Source: a virus
Reading direction: 5' to 3' (one strand)
Length of the DNA: 64,000 nt
Virus record (IMG/VR): IMGVR_UViG_3300034095_001343
Location: 50,930 to 114,929 of that record
Position numbers and translations under genes: made by a program. The stretch's first letter is position 1; every line of letters starts with the position of its first letter. The notes below the pieces were generated by a model, which had not been told where the DNA came from, searched no databases, and saw only the letters and a program-made list of their open reading frames with translations. Below are positions 21,443 to 32,000 of this stretch, piece by piece.

Positions 21443-24400
21443 TTACTTTTTTAATTTAGTTTTTTTATTATTGTTCTGATCAAAGTTATTTTGCTGTGCA
21501 ATACTATACATCTTACTCAATTCTTCTTGATATATTTTATCATAAAATCCAATTGTTTCACCTCTTTCATTTTGCATTTGAGTAATGTTCATTCTTATAG
21601 GAGACATTGGATCAAAACCAGCTGTTTGTTTATTAAACTGCAAAGGTGTAGTTTCCATAATAATGTTACTATTAGCATCTTGATAAAATCTAATTTTACC
21701 ACCTGCATCAATAGATTGAACATATTGTTTTTGAGGACTACTAACCATATTACTATAAACAGCAGAAAAATTATATTGACCTACTCTTCTAGGATTGATG
21801 TCTTTAGTTTGAGGAAAAGAAATTGTAATAGTTGTATAATCATTGAATTCATTTGCATCAATAATACCAGGTTTATTAGTAGTACTTTGAAGAGTCCTTA
21901 ACCACTCTGGTGAAAATGAAATAACATAAGCCGCTTTATCTTTACCAAGTGTTTTTTTTCCTGTTGGCCCATAAACTGGAGCATATCCAATTGTTGCATT
22001 TGGTAGATTTTGTGTACTAGCTTTTGGATCCTGAAATTTAGATACATCTTGAATCCATAAATTATAAATCTGTCTAGCTTTTGGATCTGAATCAGCAGTC
22101 TCATCTGTACCTATATCACGTTTATAAAATATAAGTTCCGAACTAGGTGTTCCTCTTACTTGATTCATAACTTCCGCCAATGCTGTAATCTGTCCTGGAT
22201 TTTTTCTCATCATAGTAGGATTAAATTCAATACTATAATATGGAGATTTTAATGCATCTCCTACCTCCATTTGTTCCATACTTATTCCTCTCATATATGC
22301 GTTTGGATCCCAAGGTTGAAACATTCGCACTTGAGCATCTGTCTTTTTATCCTCTTGTTCAGCAATAGTTTCAAGTGAACCATTAAGTGTACTATTAACT
22401 ATTTTCTTTTGATTTGCATATGATTCTTTAGCTAATTTAATAGCTTTATCCTTTGCAAATTCTGTAACTGTTCTTTGAGTATAACGTACAGCAGGATCAT
22501 CATAAACAGGAATACGCTTAGTACGGGTTACGATAAACTCTTGACCTGCAATCTGACCTTGTTTCGCCTTTGCTACATACGCATTTATAAACTCATCTTC
22601 TGTCATAAAATCAACAGAACCTGTTGTTTTATCTTCGGTAAAAATATTTGGTCCTGAGCGTAATTCTTCCTTAACCTTATTAATTTCTTTTGATAAGTCT
22701 GTTTGAAGGGCCTTTGTAAAGTTTTGAAGCATGACGGCATTACCAGTTGTAATCATATTATCAAACTGAAGTCTTTTTGCAGTTACGTCATTAAAATTTT
22801 CAACCATTTCGTGATACTTAACACCTCCATCTCTTTTTACAAATGATGGATATTTTGCGAAAAGCTGGGCAGAATCTCTAAACCGATTAGCCATCTCTTT
22901 ATACTTAGTATCTACTATATCTTCATTCTCCGGTTTTAATAATTTTGTTTTAATAGTAGTAAGGTCACCTTTAATATTTTCATTTACCTTATAAGAGTTA
23001 TTAGAATTATTCTCAAGCATTTCCAACGCTTTAAGATATAAATCAACCTGTTCACTTGTAACATTTTCTCTAAGTTGTTCAATCTTTGTATTATTAATTC
23101 CAACATAATCGGCTGTTGTAGGATCAACTGCTTGACCTGTTGCAGGATCAATTAAAACAGCCTCAGTTCCTTGTTTGGTATAATCACCTTCAAGATTGCT
23201 AAAAAGTCCACTTATAGCTGAAGCATAAGGATTTTCAAGTTCATATTTATATTTCTCAAGATCTTTTCTATTATCTTGTTTAATACCTTCTAATTCTTTT
23301 TGATTTTTAGATTGCTGTGCTATTTCAGCCATGTCATACTTAAAGTCTAATTTCTGCTTTTGATATTCATTAACTTTAAGTTCTCTACTTCTATTAATGT
23401 TTGAATATGAAATAGCAGCAGCAGATAAATCACTTTGTAAGTTATAACCCATTAATAGATTATATGCTCTATTTAAAAGACCTTGTGTACTTTGATCAGG
23501 ACTACCTTGTGAACTTTTTAATACTTGCTCTGTTGCATTTAACCCTTGCAGTGCCGCATCCAATGAACCTTTTTGAGCAATAAATATTTTTTCTTCATCT
23601 GACCCAGGAATGATACCTTGTTCTTTTGAATACTGTTCCCAATTAATATTAACATTTTTAAGTTCATTTACCTTTTCCTGTTGTTGAATAGATCTAGCAG
23701 CTAATTGTGATTCAAAAGCACTAATAGTTTCCTTAGCCCAAATAGCTTGACCTTCATCAACAGAAGAAAATTGACCAACTTTAATACCTTCTTCGGCAAA
23801 ATCTCTTGATCTTACATAGGCATCTGCATAATAAGCCTGTTGAACTATAGGATCATCCGACAAAGCTCTTTGAGCCATTTGAAATGCTTGCTCTGTAATA
23901 AGATTTCCATTTCTATCTTTTACTATCCAAAATCCTGTTTCATCTACATATTCCTGTGTAACATCTAATCCTGAAGTTTTTAAAAAGTCAATAGATTTCT
24001 GATATAAATCAGCATCACCAATATATCTTGGTGTACCCATGCTCAAGGCTTTATCTTGAGATGCGTTTTTAAAATCTTGCATCTGATACTCTAATGCTTT
24101 AACACCAGTTTGCCAATACATTTCTCTCTGATCTTTGTTAGGAGAGTTCATTAACATATTAGCATATTGCATTTCATTTTGATACTGCTTCGTAAATACA
24201 AGATCTTTTACAACAAGATCCTCCTCATAAAAAGGTTTAAATAGTTGTTGAGCGGAATCAATATTTTGTGCTACCGATAAATCCATACCAGAAATAAGCT
24301 GTAGTTGCTTACCCAAATTTTCAGCATATTGATTTCTAATATCCTGAGTATCTGCTCTAGAAAGATCTGAATATACAACCTTGCTATAAAGATCATTAAG

Positions 24401-24526
24401 AGCTTTATAGTTTGTATTATACCTATTAGTCTTTACATCTAATACATCAGACAAAAATTTATAATCTGGAGTAAAAGGTTGCCAATTCGGCATATATGGT
24501 TGTGATCCTTGTGTGTATGTTGCCAT
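21443..24526 (-). CDS. Virion ejection/core protein (1027 aa)
   Basis: First of three large genes in the vRNAP cluster. Helical, Gln-rich, N-terminal QPFTPDY segment. Assigned by position. Confidence 0.55.
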   Translation of the reverse strand: MATYTQGSQPYMPNWQPFTPDYKFLSDVLDVKTNRYNTNYKALNDLYSKVVYSDLSRADTQDIRNQYAENLGKQLQLISGMDLSVAQNIDSAQQLFKPFYEEDLVVKDLVFTKQYQNEMQYANMLMNSPNKDQREMYWQTGVKALEYQMQDFKNASQDKALSMGTPRYIGDADLYQKSIDFLKTSGLDVTQEYVDETGFWIVKDRNGNLITEQAFQMAQRALSDDPIVQQAYYADAYVRSRDFAEEGIKVGQFSSVDEGQAIWAKETISAFESQLAARSIQQQEKVNELKNVNINWEQYSKEQGIIPGSDEEKIFIAQKGSLDAALQGLNATEQVLKSSQGSPDQSTQGLLNRAYNLLMGYNLQSDLSAAAISYSNINRSRELKVNEYQKQKLDFKYDMAEIAQQSKNQKELEGIKQDNRKDLEKYKYELENPYASAISGLFSNLEGDYTKQGTEAVLIDPATGQAVDPTTADYVGINNTKIEQLRENVTSEQVDLYLKALEMLENNSNNSYKVNENIKGDLTTIKTKLLKPENEDIVDTKYKEMANRFRDSAQLFAKYPSFVKRDGGVKYHEMVENFNDVTAKRLQFDNMITTGNAVMLQNFTKALQTDLSKEINKVKEELRSGPNIFTEDKTTGSVDFMTEDEFINAYVAKAKQGQIAGQEFIVTRTKRIPVYDDPAVRYTQRTVTEFAKDKAIKLAKESYANQKKIVNSTLNGSLETIAEQEDKKTDAQVRMFQPWDPNAYMRGISMEQMEVGDALKSPYYSIEFNPTMMRKNPGQITALAEVMNQVRGTPSSELIFYKRDIGTDETADSDPKARQIYNLWIQDVSKFQDPKASTQNLPNATIGYAPVYGPTGKKTLGKDKAAYVISFSPEWLRTLQSTTNKPGIIDANEFNDYTTITISFPQTKDINPRRVGQYNFSAVYSNMVSSPQKQYVQSIDAGGKIRFYQDANSNIIMETTPLQFNKQTAGFDPMSPIRMNITQMQNERGETIGFYDKIYQEELSKMYSIAQQNNFDQNNNKKTKLKK

Positions 24527-24584
24527 ATTTTTAAGTTAATAAAATTTTTTAGGTTTTAAAGATTTATTAATAAACTTTTATAGT

Positions 24585-27080
24585 TTATTTGCCAATTTGT
24601 CCAATATAAAAAGGAAAAATTGTTTCTTTTATTTCTGTACCTTTTCTTGATTTAGATTGTTGAGCTTTTCCTGGATTATAAGAATAACCATATCCTTGCG
24701 GCATATTAGTATACTCTTTTTGTATATTAGTCTCTTGAGGTACAGCAACAGATTGAGTGATTATACCTTGAATCAATTCTGCTGTTGGTTCAATACCAGC
24801 TGCTTTTAACATTCTTGCAGTTTCTGCATACTGCTTAATTTTTGACATTGGATCTGGTAAAGGTGCAGGTTCAAATGCTTTACCGCTAAACTGACCAATC
24901 ATACCGCCAGTAGTGGGATCAATTTGATAATAATCTTGAATAGAATTTAAGTTGTAAGTATTAGCCCTATTAGTAATAGCATTAGACATTAACTGAGCAT
25001 ACTGTTCTCTATCAAAGTTCTTTTCGTCCATATAGTTTTGTAAAACAGCTTGTGTATCATCATACTCTCTTACAACTCTATCTCGTCTTTCTCTTTGAGT
25101 TGCTGCATCCATTTGAGCTTGCATAGCCAAACCTTGATTTATGGTACTTACATTCCTTTGATTTACTCTACCCACTTCATTAGCAATTGCTTGAGCGGCT
25201 TGACCTTGAGCTTGCGCAGTTCTAGCAGCTAAAGCTTGAGGACCACCAAAAGCCCCAGCACCCATAGTCTGAATACCTAATTGTTCATTAATAGCAGCAA
25301 TACCTCTAGTGGGTTCTTCCAATACATATCCTAAATCAATATTATTTACTGCAGGTTGAAAAGGAAAAAACATATCTCGTTCCCTAGCGGCAACAGCATT
25401 TAACTGAAGCAAGTCTTGTAACCACCATTCTGCATTTGGTCTTCTTGCCGACTTTGGTGTTTCAAATTGTTTTATACTTTTTTTAGGGCAGCAATTTTGT
25501 GAATATGTACCATCTTCACATGGACAACCTTCTGCTGGTGGTAAGAATGATTTTTTAACATCATATTTTAATGGTCTTCTAGATGAAGTAAATGTACCAT
25601 ACTTACCATCAAAGTCTTTACCAGTTCCTGCACCAAAACCAAAGTCATTTCTTAAATCTGTTGTAAGATCAAGTTTTTGTTGTTCAGTAAGTTCATTATA
25701 ACCAGCTGCTTTTAACTTAGCATTAATATCATTTACTGACTGAGGAATATATTCATTGTTAACCCAAGCTTGAAATTTTAAAACTTCAGGATTTTTATAT
25801 TTTTCATCTGCTGCAGGTTGATATGTTTCTAATGATGCAATTAGATCAGATGCATTTGGATATATTTGTCCCCAATCTTTTAACCAGCCTTGTTCATTTA
25901 AAGAAGCATCACCATATCTACCAGGTAATTGCTTTTGATTTTTTACTTCAGAACGTTGAACATCAGAATAAGTTCTTTCACCCACATTTTTAAAATCAAT
26001 TGCAATATTACGATCCTCATATTTCTTTATGATATTAGGATCTACAGCAATATTTCCTTTTGACTGTGTTTTTTTAGCAGGTGTATTATCAGGTTGCTTT
26101 GTTCTAGTTTCTACTGGAGGTTGTTCAAATGTCGTTGGAACATTAGTTGTTTCAACTGGTTTACCTATAAGTCTTCCTGGTAAATAATAGTTATTAGGTT
26201 CTTCTTCCTCATATGTTGATTCATCTGCATCTTGTGCTTTTCTTAATTCTTTACCATACCTACCCATTTCCATTTCTTCAGGAGATGGTTGTTGAGCCAT
26301 CTGTTGTTCAGAAGCTTGTGCTTGTTGCATCATTTGCTGAAGCATCATTAATTTTTGTTGTTGTTCTGGAGGAAGAGATGCAATGGCTTTTTGTTGAGCT
26401 TTTTCTTGAGAAATTCTCTCAACCTTTGCTGTAAAATCAATTGGATCAATTCCTTGTGAAGCTAAATAAGGATATGCCGTAACTGGTACACCCTCTTCAA
26501 AATCTTTCTTTGATTCTTGAACAAATGCAAGTTTAGATAAAGCTTTCTTATTCTTATCCATCATTAACTCTGCACTCTTTACTTGAATATCATCAGCATA
26601 CTCATCTTTAATAGAACCATAGTAAGTATTAAGGTCATACTTTTTAGATATGGTAGCCGGTGTCATTTTTTTTCTAGAATTAATACCAAAAGCTTTTAAA
26701 TCTGAACCACCTAACTTCATATCTTTAGTATCAGAAAATACAAAAGATTGTTCAGGAAGATTTAAAGGTACACCACCACTAGAATGTCTAGGTCCTTTAA
26801 TATCATAAAGACCAAACAAACCATCATTATCTAAATCTGTAAGTACAGTTTCTCCACCTTCAGCTTCAATATTAGCTTGTGTTCTTGGTACAGCATTTAA
26901 CGTATGTCTTACATTTATATCTCTAGTTTGATTTTTTTTATTGGGATCTTTAACATTTGTAACTAATCCAAAATCAAACTGGTCTCCTGTAGTCATTCCA
27001 CCTTGCTGCATCATACTGACAATCTTACCATTCTTTATAGTAAGACCAGGAGGTAAGCTATTAATTTTTACTTTTGCCAT
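24585..27080 (-). CDS. Putative internal cargo protein (831 aa)
   Basis: NIEAEGGE and GPRHSSGGVP motifs, MMQQGG, Gln/Ala-rich coiled coil. Sits between the muzzle and ejection genes, where crAss-like cargo genes lie. Confidence 0.5.
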   Translation of the reverse strand: MAKVKINSLPPGLTIKNGKIVSMMQQGGMTTGDQFDFGLVTNVKDPNKKNQTRDINVRHTLNAVPRTQANIEAEGGETVLTDLDNDGLFGLYDIKGPRHSSGGVPLNLPEQSFVFSDTKDMKLGGSDLKAFGINSRKKMTPATISKKYDLNTYYGSIKDEYADDIQVKSAELMMDKNKKALSKLAFVQESKKDFEEGVPVTAYPYLASQGIDPIDFTAKVERISQEKAQQKAIASLPPEQQQKLMMLQQMMQQAQASEQQMAQQPSPEEMEMGRYGKELRKAQDADESTYEEEEPNNYYLPGRLIGKPVETTNVPTTFEQPPVETRTKQPDNTPAKKTQSKGNIAVDPNIIKKYEDRNIAIDFKNVGERTYSDVQRSEVKNQKQLPGRYGDASLNEQGWLKDWGQIYPNASDLIASLETYQPAADEKYKNPEVLKFQAWVNNEYIPQSVNDINAKLKAAGYNELTEQQKLDLTTDLRNDFGFGAGTGKDFDGKYGTFTSSRRPLKYDVKKSFLPPAEGCPCEDGTYSQNCCPKKSIKQFETPKSARRPNAEWWLQDLLQLNAVAARERDMFFPFQPAVNNIDLGYVLEEPTRGIAAINEQLGIQTMGAGAFGGPQALAARTAQAQGQAAQAIANEVGRVNQRNVSTINQGLAMQAQMDAATQRERRDRVVREYDDTQAVLQNYMDEKNFDREQYAQLMSNAITNRANTYNLNSIQDYYQIDPTTGGMIGQFSGKAFEPAPLPDPMSKIKQYAETARMLKAAGIEPTAELIQGIITQSVAVPQETNIQKEYTNMPQGYGYSYNPGKAQQSKSRKGTEIKETIFPFYIGQIGK

Positions 27081-27082
27081 TA

Positions 27083-28972
27083 TTATAATATTTGAATGTT
27101 AGCACCTGCTGCAATTAATTGAGCAATTGTGTCAGGATCTAAATCTATTTCATTTGAAAACTCGTCATCTACAGTTTCACCACCAAACTGTCTCATGTAC
27201 TCAACTCTATTATCTTGTTCAGCCAATCCTGTATTAACATCCCAAGTACCTTGTTTATTTAAAGGATCTTCATAATAACCAAACATGTTATCAGCTTGTG
27301 TCATTTCATACAACCTTCCTTCCGCTTCTCTTGCTTTTTTGTTTTGATACATTTCATTTGCAAATCCAGCACCTTGTACTGCAAGATTACCAATTTTTCC
27401 ATAACCTTGCATAAATCTAGAATCCATAAATCTATTTAAATTACCAGCAAGTTTATTAGTAATATCTACTTTTGGTGCAGAAGGTTCGTTTGTTTGTGAA
27501 GGTAAAGAAGAAAGATAGTTTTCATATTCTTGATAATCTTGAAGTTCTTGACCTATCATACCTCTTCCTGTAGATTTTAACCATTCATCATAAGATAATT
27601 GTTGTTTTTCAATACCGTTTTCTGCAATTAAAAGATCACCACCATATTTCATAGAAGTTTGTTGTCTTACATAATCATTATATAACTGACTTGCATTTGC
27701 ACCACCTCTTATTATTGGATCTTCTATTATAAATTCTTGAAGCGTTTTTATCTTAGATGGTTGATCAACTAAATTAGTAGTATTAACAACAGGTGATTGG
27801 GTATTTCTAAAATTTGTTTGATTATATGTAGCTAATGGAAAATTAGATTGAACACCAAGATATAAAGGATTTGATGTATTACTTGTATTACCCGTAAGTG
27901 TATTTAATCCCATCATTGTTTCATACAAATATGGATTTTCTTGAGCACTTTTATATGATGATGCTTCACCACTTGGATTAATACCTAATGAACCCATTCC
28001 TTCTTTTTGTGATCCAATCAACATATTTAAAGTTTTAGGATCAAATCTAGATTCCAAATCCCCTAATGATGTACTATTTTGAAGAAATTTTTCTAAATCT
28101 TTTTTTTGATTTTTTGAATATATAGAAGAACCTGGATCAATCTTTCTACTAGAAAATTGTCCAACATATTGATTTTTATCTTTATCAAAATCAAATTGGG
28201 AAAATCTATTTACATCATCTTTATATTGTTGTTCAGTTCTTAGCTGATCTTTATTTCTTGCAGCATTATATAAATCAGTGGGATCTCCAGCGTAAGTGTT
28301 TTCATCTCCAGGCGCAGTAGTAACTTTATAATTATAATAGGAAGGTCTTGCTTCTTTAGCTCTAGCTCTCTTAGCTTTAATATCTCTATAAAAACCCTTT
28401 TTCAATCCTGTATTTGGATCTTCTTTACCACCAAATAAATCACCAGCTGCTTCTGCTAAAAAAAATCCAGCACCTGCAACATCACCTCTAGTACCAAGAT
28501 CCATTGGTAAATAATTTGCCATTGGATTCCTAGAATAACCATTTTTTTCTTGTTGTAAAGCAAAGTATTGATTAGCGGTTAAAGGAAACATTGACTCAAA
28601 ACCTGTTTGTGCTTCTGGTAATGCATTACCAAACATACCAAAGTTTACATCTTCAGCTTCATCATATTCTTCCTCATAATTTGCTTCTTGATTATTTTCT
28701 AATGCTTCTTCTGATTCTTCTTCTGATTCTTCTTCTGGTTCAAAAAACTCATCTAACTCACTTGATGAAATACCAGAATCCATTAAGATTTCTCTAACAG
28801 TAGTTTCATCATAACCCTGATTAATAAGTTCTTGTGCTATTTGTTGAAAAGAAGCTCCCGAATCTAATAAACTTTGAATCTGCTGAGTAATGGATTGTTG
28901 TCCACTTTCCATATCCTCACCACCTTCCTGCATATAAGATAAACTTTTTTTATTTAAATTTTTGTTGCTCAT
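27083..28972 (-). CDS. Putative internal cargo protein (629 aa), acidic N-terminus
   Basis: Low-complexity acidic region. Repeated MQEGG/AQTG/MKYGG/RQFGG motifs. Own upstream promoter-like box. Confidence 0.45.
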   Translation of the reverse strand: MSNKNLNKKSLSYMQEGGEDMESGQQSITQQIQSLLDSGASFQQIAQELINQGYDETTVREILMDSGISSSELDEFFEPEEESEEESEEALENNQEANYEEEYDEAEDVNFGMFGNALPEAQTGFESMFPLTANQYFALQQEKNGYSRNPMANYLPMDLGTRGDVAGAGFFLAEAAGDLFGGKEDPNTGLKKGFYRDIKAKRARAKEARPSYYNYKVTTAPGDENTYAGDPTDLYNAARNKDQLRTEQQYKDDVNRFSQFDFDKDKNQYVGQFSSRKIDPGSSIYSKNQKKDLEKFLQNSTSLGDLESRFDPKTLNMLIGSQKEGMGSLGINPSGEASSYKSAQENPYLYETMMGLNTLTGNTSNTSNPLYLGVQSNFPLATYNQTNFRNTQSPVVNTTNLVDQPSKIKTLQEFIIEDPIIRGGANASQLYNDYVRQQTSMKYGGDLLIAENGIEKQQLSYDEWLKSTGRGMIGQELQDYQEYENYLSSLPSQTNEPSAPKVDITNKLAGNLNRFMDSRFMQGYGKIGNLAVQGAGFANEMYQNKKAREAEGRLYEMTQADNMFGYYEDPLNKQGTWDVNTGLAEQDNRVEYMRQFGGETVDDEFSNEIDLDPDTIAQLIAAGANIQIL

Positions 28973-28982
28973 ATTATACTAC

Positions 28983-28990
28983 TAATATAC
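28983..28990 (-). promoter_or_regulatory. Recurrent promoter-like box GTATATTA
   Basis: Octamer 10 nt upstream of the 629-aa ATG. Confidence 0.5.
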
Positions 28991-29016
28991 GAATAAATAA
29001 AACATTTTACTAATTA

Positions 29017-32000
29017 TTATAGAGTTACTACATTTGTCATTATATAATTTGGAACAGACATACCTGAACTTTTAGCATCTTTATAATATATTCTATTTAG
29101 TCTATCATAAGTTTTTTTAGCTTTACCTTCTTCAAGCGTTCCAATATAGTCACCGTTAATATATTTTTTGTATATATCAAATGCAATTTCATTACCTGTC
29201 TGATATTTTGGTTGGTTTATATCACCACCATATTGTTTTATTACCATATTATAACCAGGATTACCTTTTCTTTTAAAATCTTGTTCATAATAATTTTTAA
29301 AATCTTGTTCCGTTAATCCTTCAGGATTAATACCATAATATTCATATCTACCATTATCTAAATGAATATATTGAGCATCTTTATTTTTCTTTAAAAAATT
29401 ATTTACTTTATTAACACCACTTTTTCCTGTATTAATATATGTAAACTCTGCTTTTCCTGTTGATGGGGAATAAAGAATAAACTTTCCAGTATTAGGTGTA
29501 TTTTGATAAATTGGATTTCCTTGTTTATCCAATAATCTCATTTCTTCACCATTTAATGTAGCTTTATCAATATTAATAGCACCGAATCTTCTTGGTACTA
29601 TTTCTGTTTCAGCATTAAATTCATCAGCCTTTCCTACTTTAAATTTACCATCTTCTATACCATAAAAAGATTGAATATCTTTTGAGGAATATTTTTTATC
29701 AGAATACGTATCACTTGCTACTAACCAATCTTTTGCTTTTCTGACTGTGTTATTTACATCTTCTATAAATTCTCCACCTATAATAATATCACCATCTGTC
29801 GTTTGATTAACTTTAGCAAAACTCATTGGTCTATTAGTTATATCAATAGTAGTATCTTGTGAACTAAGTCCACCAGGCACACCTTGAATTCCTAAACTTT
29901 TTAAAGCTTTACTTCTTATTGCAGGGGGTGCCCACACTAAACTGTGTAGTCCTAATACACCAGGAAATGCAGTTCCAACCAATCCTGCAGTTACATAGTC
30001 AGAAGTTCTCCAATTTCTACCTCCATATAAAATAGGATTTATTTTACTTCTATTTCCTGTAACAAAAGCTTCTAAAAGATTTTCTTCTGCATAATTAGGT
30101 AAAGTCCAAGAATCACCATATTTATTTTTTGCATCTAAATGATCTTTTGTATTTTGTTTATAATAATCAGAGTTTTTATATGCCTCTATTTCTTCTTGAG
30201 TCAATTTACCTTTAGGGTATTTTTGTAAAGCTCCTTTAGTATCAAAAAATCCCGCTTGTTGTATGTTAGGAGATCCTGGTAGTTGAGTAGGTGTGTTTAC
30301 TTGTTTATATCCTCTTAACCAATCTTCTTTTAATAATCTAGCTTGATCTAAAGGAATTTGATTTCTTGTAGTAGAGACAAGTTCGTTAATATTACGTACA
30401 TCAGATAAACTGGATTTTGGTATTTCTGCAATATAACTTGTTCTATCTACTGGAGAAAAAACTTGTTTAATTTCAGAAGGTTTACCTGGAATTGTTGATT
30501 CAACTTCTTGCCACGTCCATGTTGGTTTATTTCTACTATAGTCTTTAGCAATATTAATATCTGGTGACATATACATGTCATTATAAAAAGATCCTTCAGG
30601 TGTTCTTATTAATCTAGATTCTAAAGCATCATCTAATCCAGTCCTTCCTATACCTCTATAATAAGCTTCGGGATTAGGTTTAAATGCCCAAGGATTAATT
30701 TTATAAGCATTTTTTAAAGGAGTTTGTGTTGTCAAAAACTGACCAGTACCTGCCAAAGGATTAACAAGATTATTTACAAATTGTCCTGTTGTTTTAGCAC
30801 CTAAACCTGCAAATGCTCCTATTGCTAAAGGTAAACCTATACTTAAAGCTGCTTCTCCATAATTGCCTTGTTGAAGGTTTAAAGGTACCCTTCCTATTCC
30901 TGATGCAAAGTCTCCAAACCATACTCCAGGATTTATTGCATCTGGTATGTAATCTGATTGTAATTTATCTCCTATTGCTTGAGTTTCTCTTGCAATAACT
31001 TCTGGAAAGTTTTGTAAAGTATATGGTATTTTCTTAGCTGCTTCTGCATCAGCTATTCTTGCTCTTCTTTCGTCTTCTTGTATTTTTCTTAACCGTTGTG
31101 CTTCTTGAACACTTTTAGCTACTTGTTGTTTAGATACACTTAGTGTTGCAGTTGATACTGGTTTTTTAAGTTCTCTTGAGTTATAAGTTCTTGATGTTGA
31201 TTCTGATGCTGTTTGTCCATAATTAAAATCTGAAAAATTAGGTGGTATATATTTTCCTTTTTGAGCCATTAGTAATCCACCTAGTGCTTTTTTGTCTAAA
31301 TCTAAAAGTTCTTTATTCCCTTTCAAATATAGTTTATTACCATTCCATCCTGATGTCAATTCATTATTTCTTGAAACACCATAATTACCATTATTACCTT
31401 CTACTTTTATTCCGTTATCTTGAAATAATTTAAAGTATTGTTCTTTTTCTTCTTTAGAATGATATGGTATATTTTTTCCTTGAACGTTTATGTTTCCTAA
31501 AACTTGTTTTGGTATCGGTTCTTTATAAATAATAGGTTGAATAGGAGAATCGTACTCTGGTCTAATTTCCTGTTGTTTTTTACCGTTTTTAGTTACTATA
31601 CTTGGATAAACAACAACTTTATTAGGTTTTTGTAATAACTCTTTATCTGTTTCTTTATAAAACGTATTTATTAAAGAATTGTCAATATATGGTTTTTGTT
31701 TAGTTTTAATATAATCAAAAGATAAAGCATTTTTCCAATCTTCACCATATTGATAGTTATTTAAACTATCATTATAAGCCTTAAATCTTGGGTCATTCTT
31801 ATCATCTACATATATAGGTGTATTCTTTTTAGTTTCTTTTCCTATCTGAGCCATTGGTAGTTCAAACACTTGGTCACCGGGGAATTGATAATCAAATCCA
31901 GGCTGCATTAATTCTCTATTTCCAAGATTGTCTATACCTAAAATAGGTCCTTTTTTTAAAGGTTCTCCGTTTTTTTCTCTCATAGAAATATTCCCAGATG

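Noticed and set aside
28700-28740. 12-nt tandem repeat TTCTTCTGATTC
   Set aside because: Simply encodes the acidic low-complexity EEES repeat. Not a CRISPR or regulatory array.
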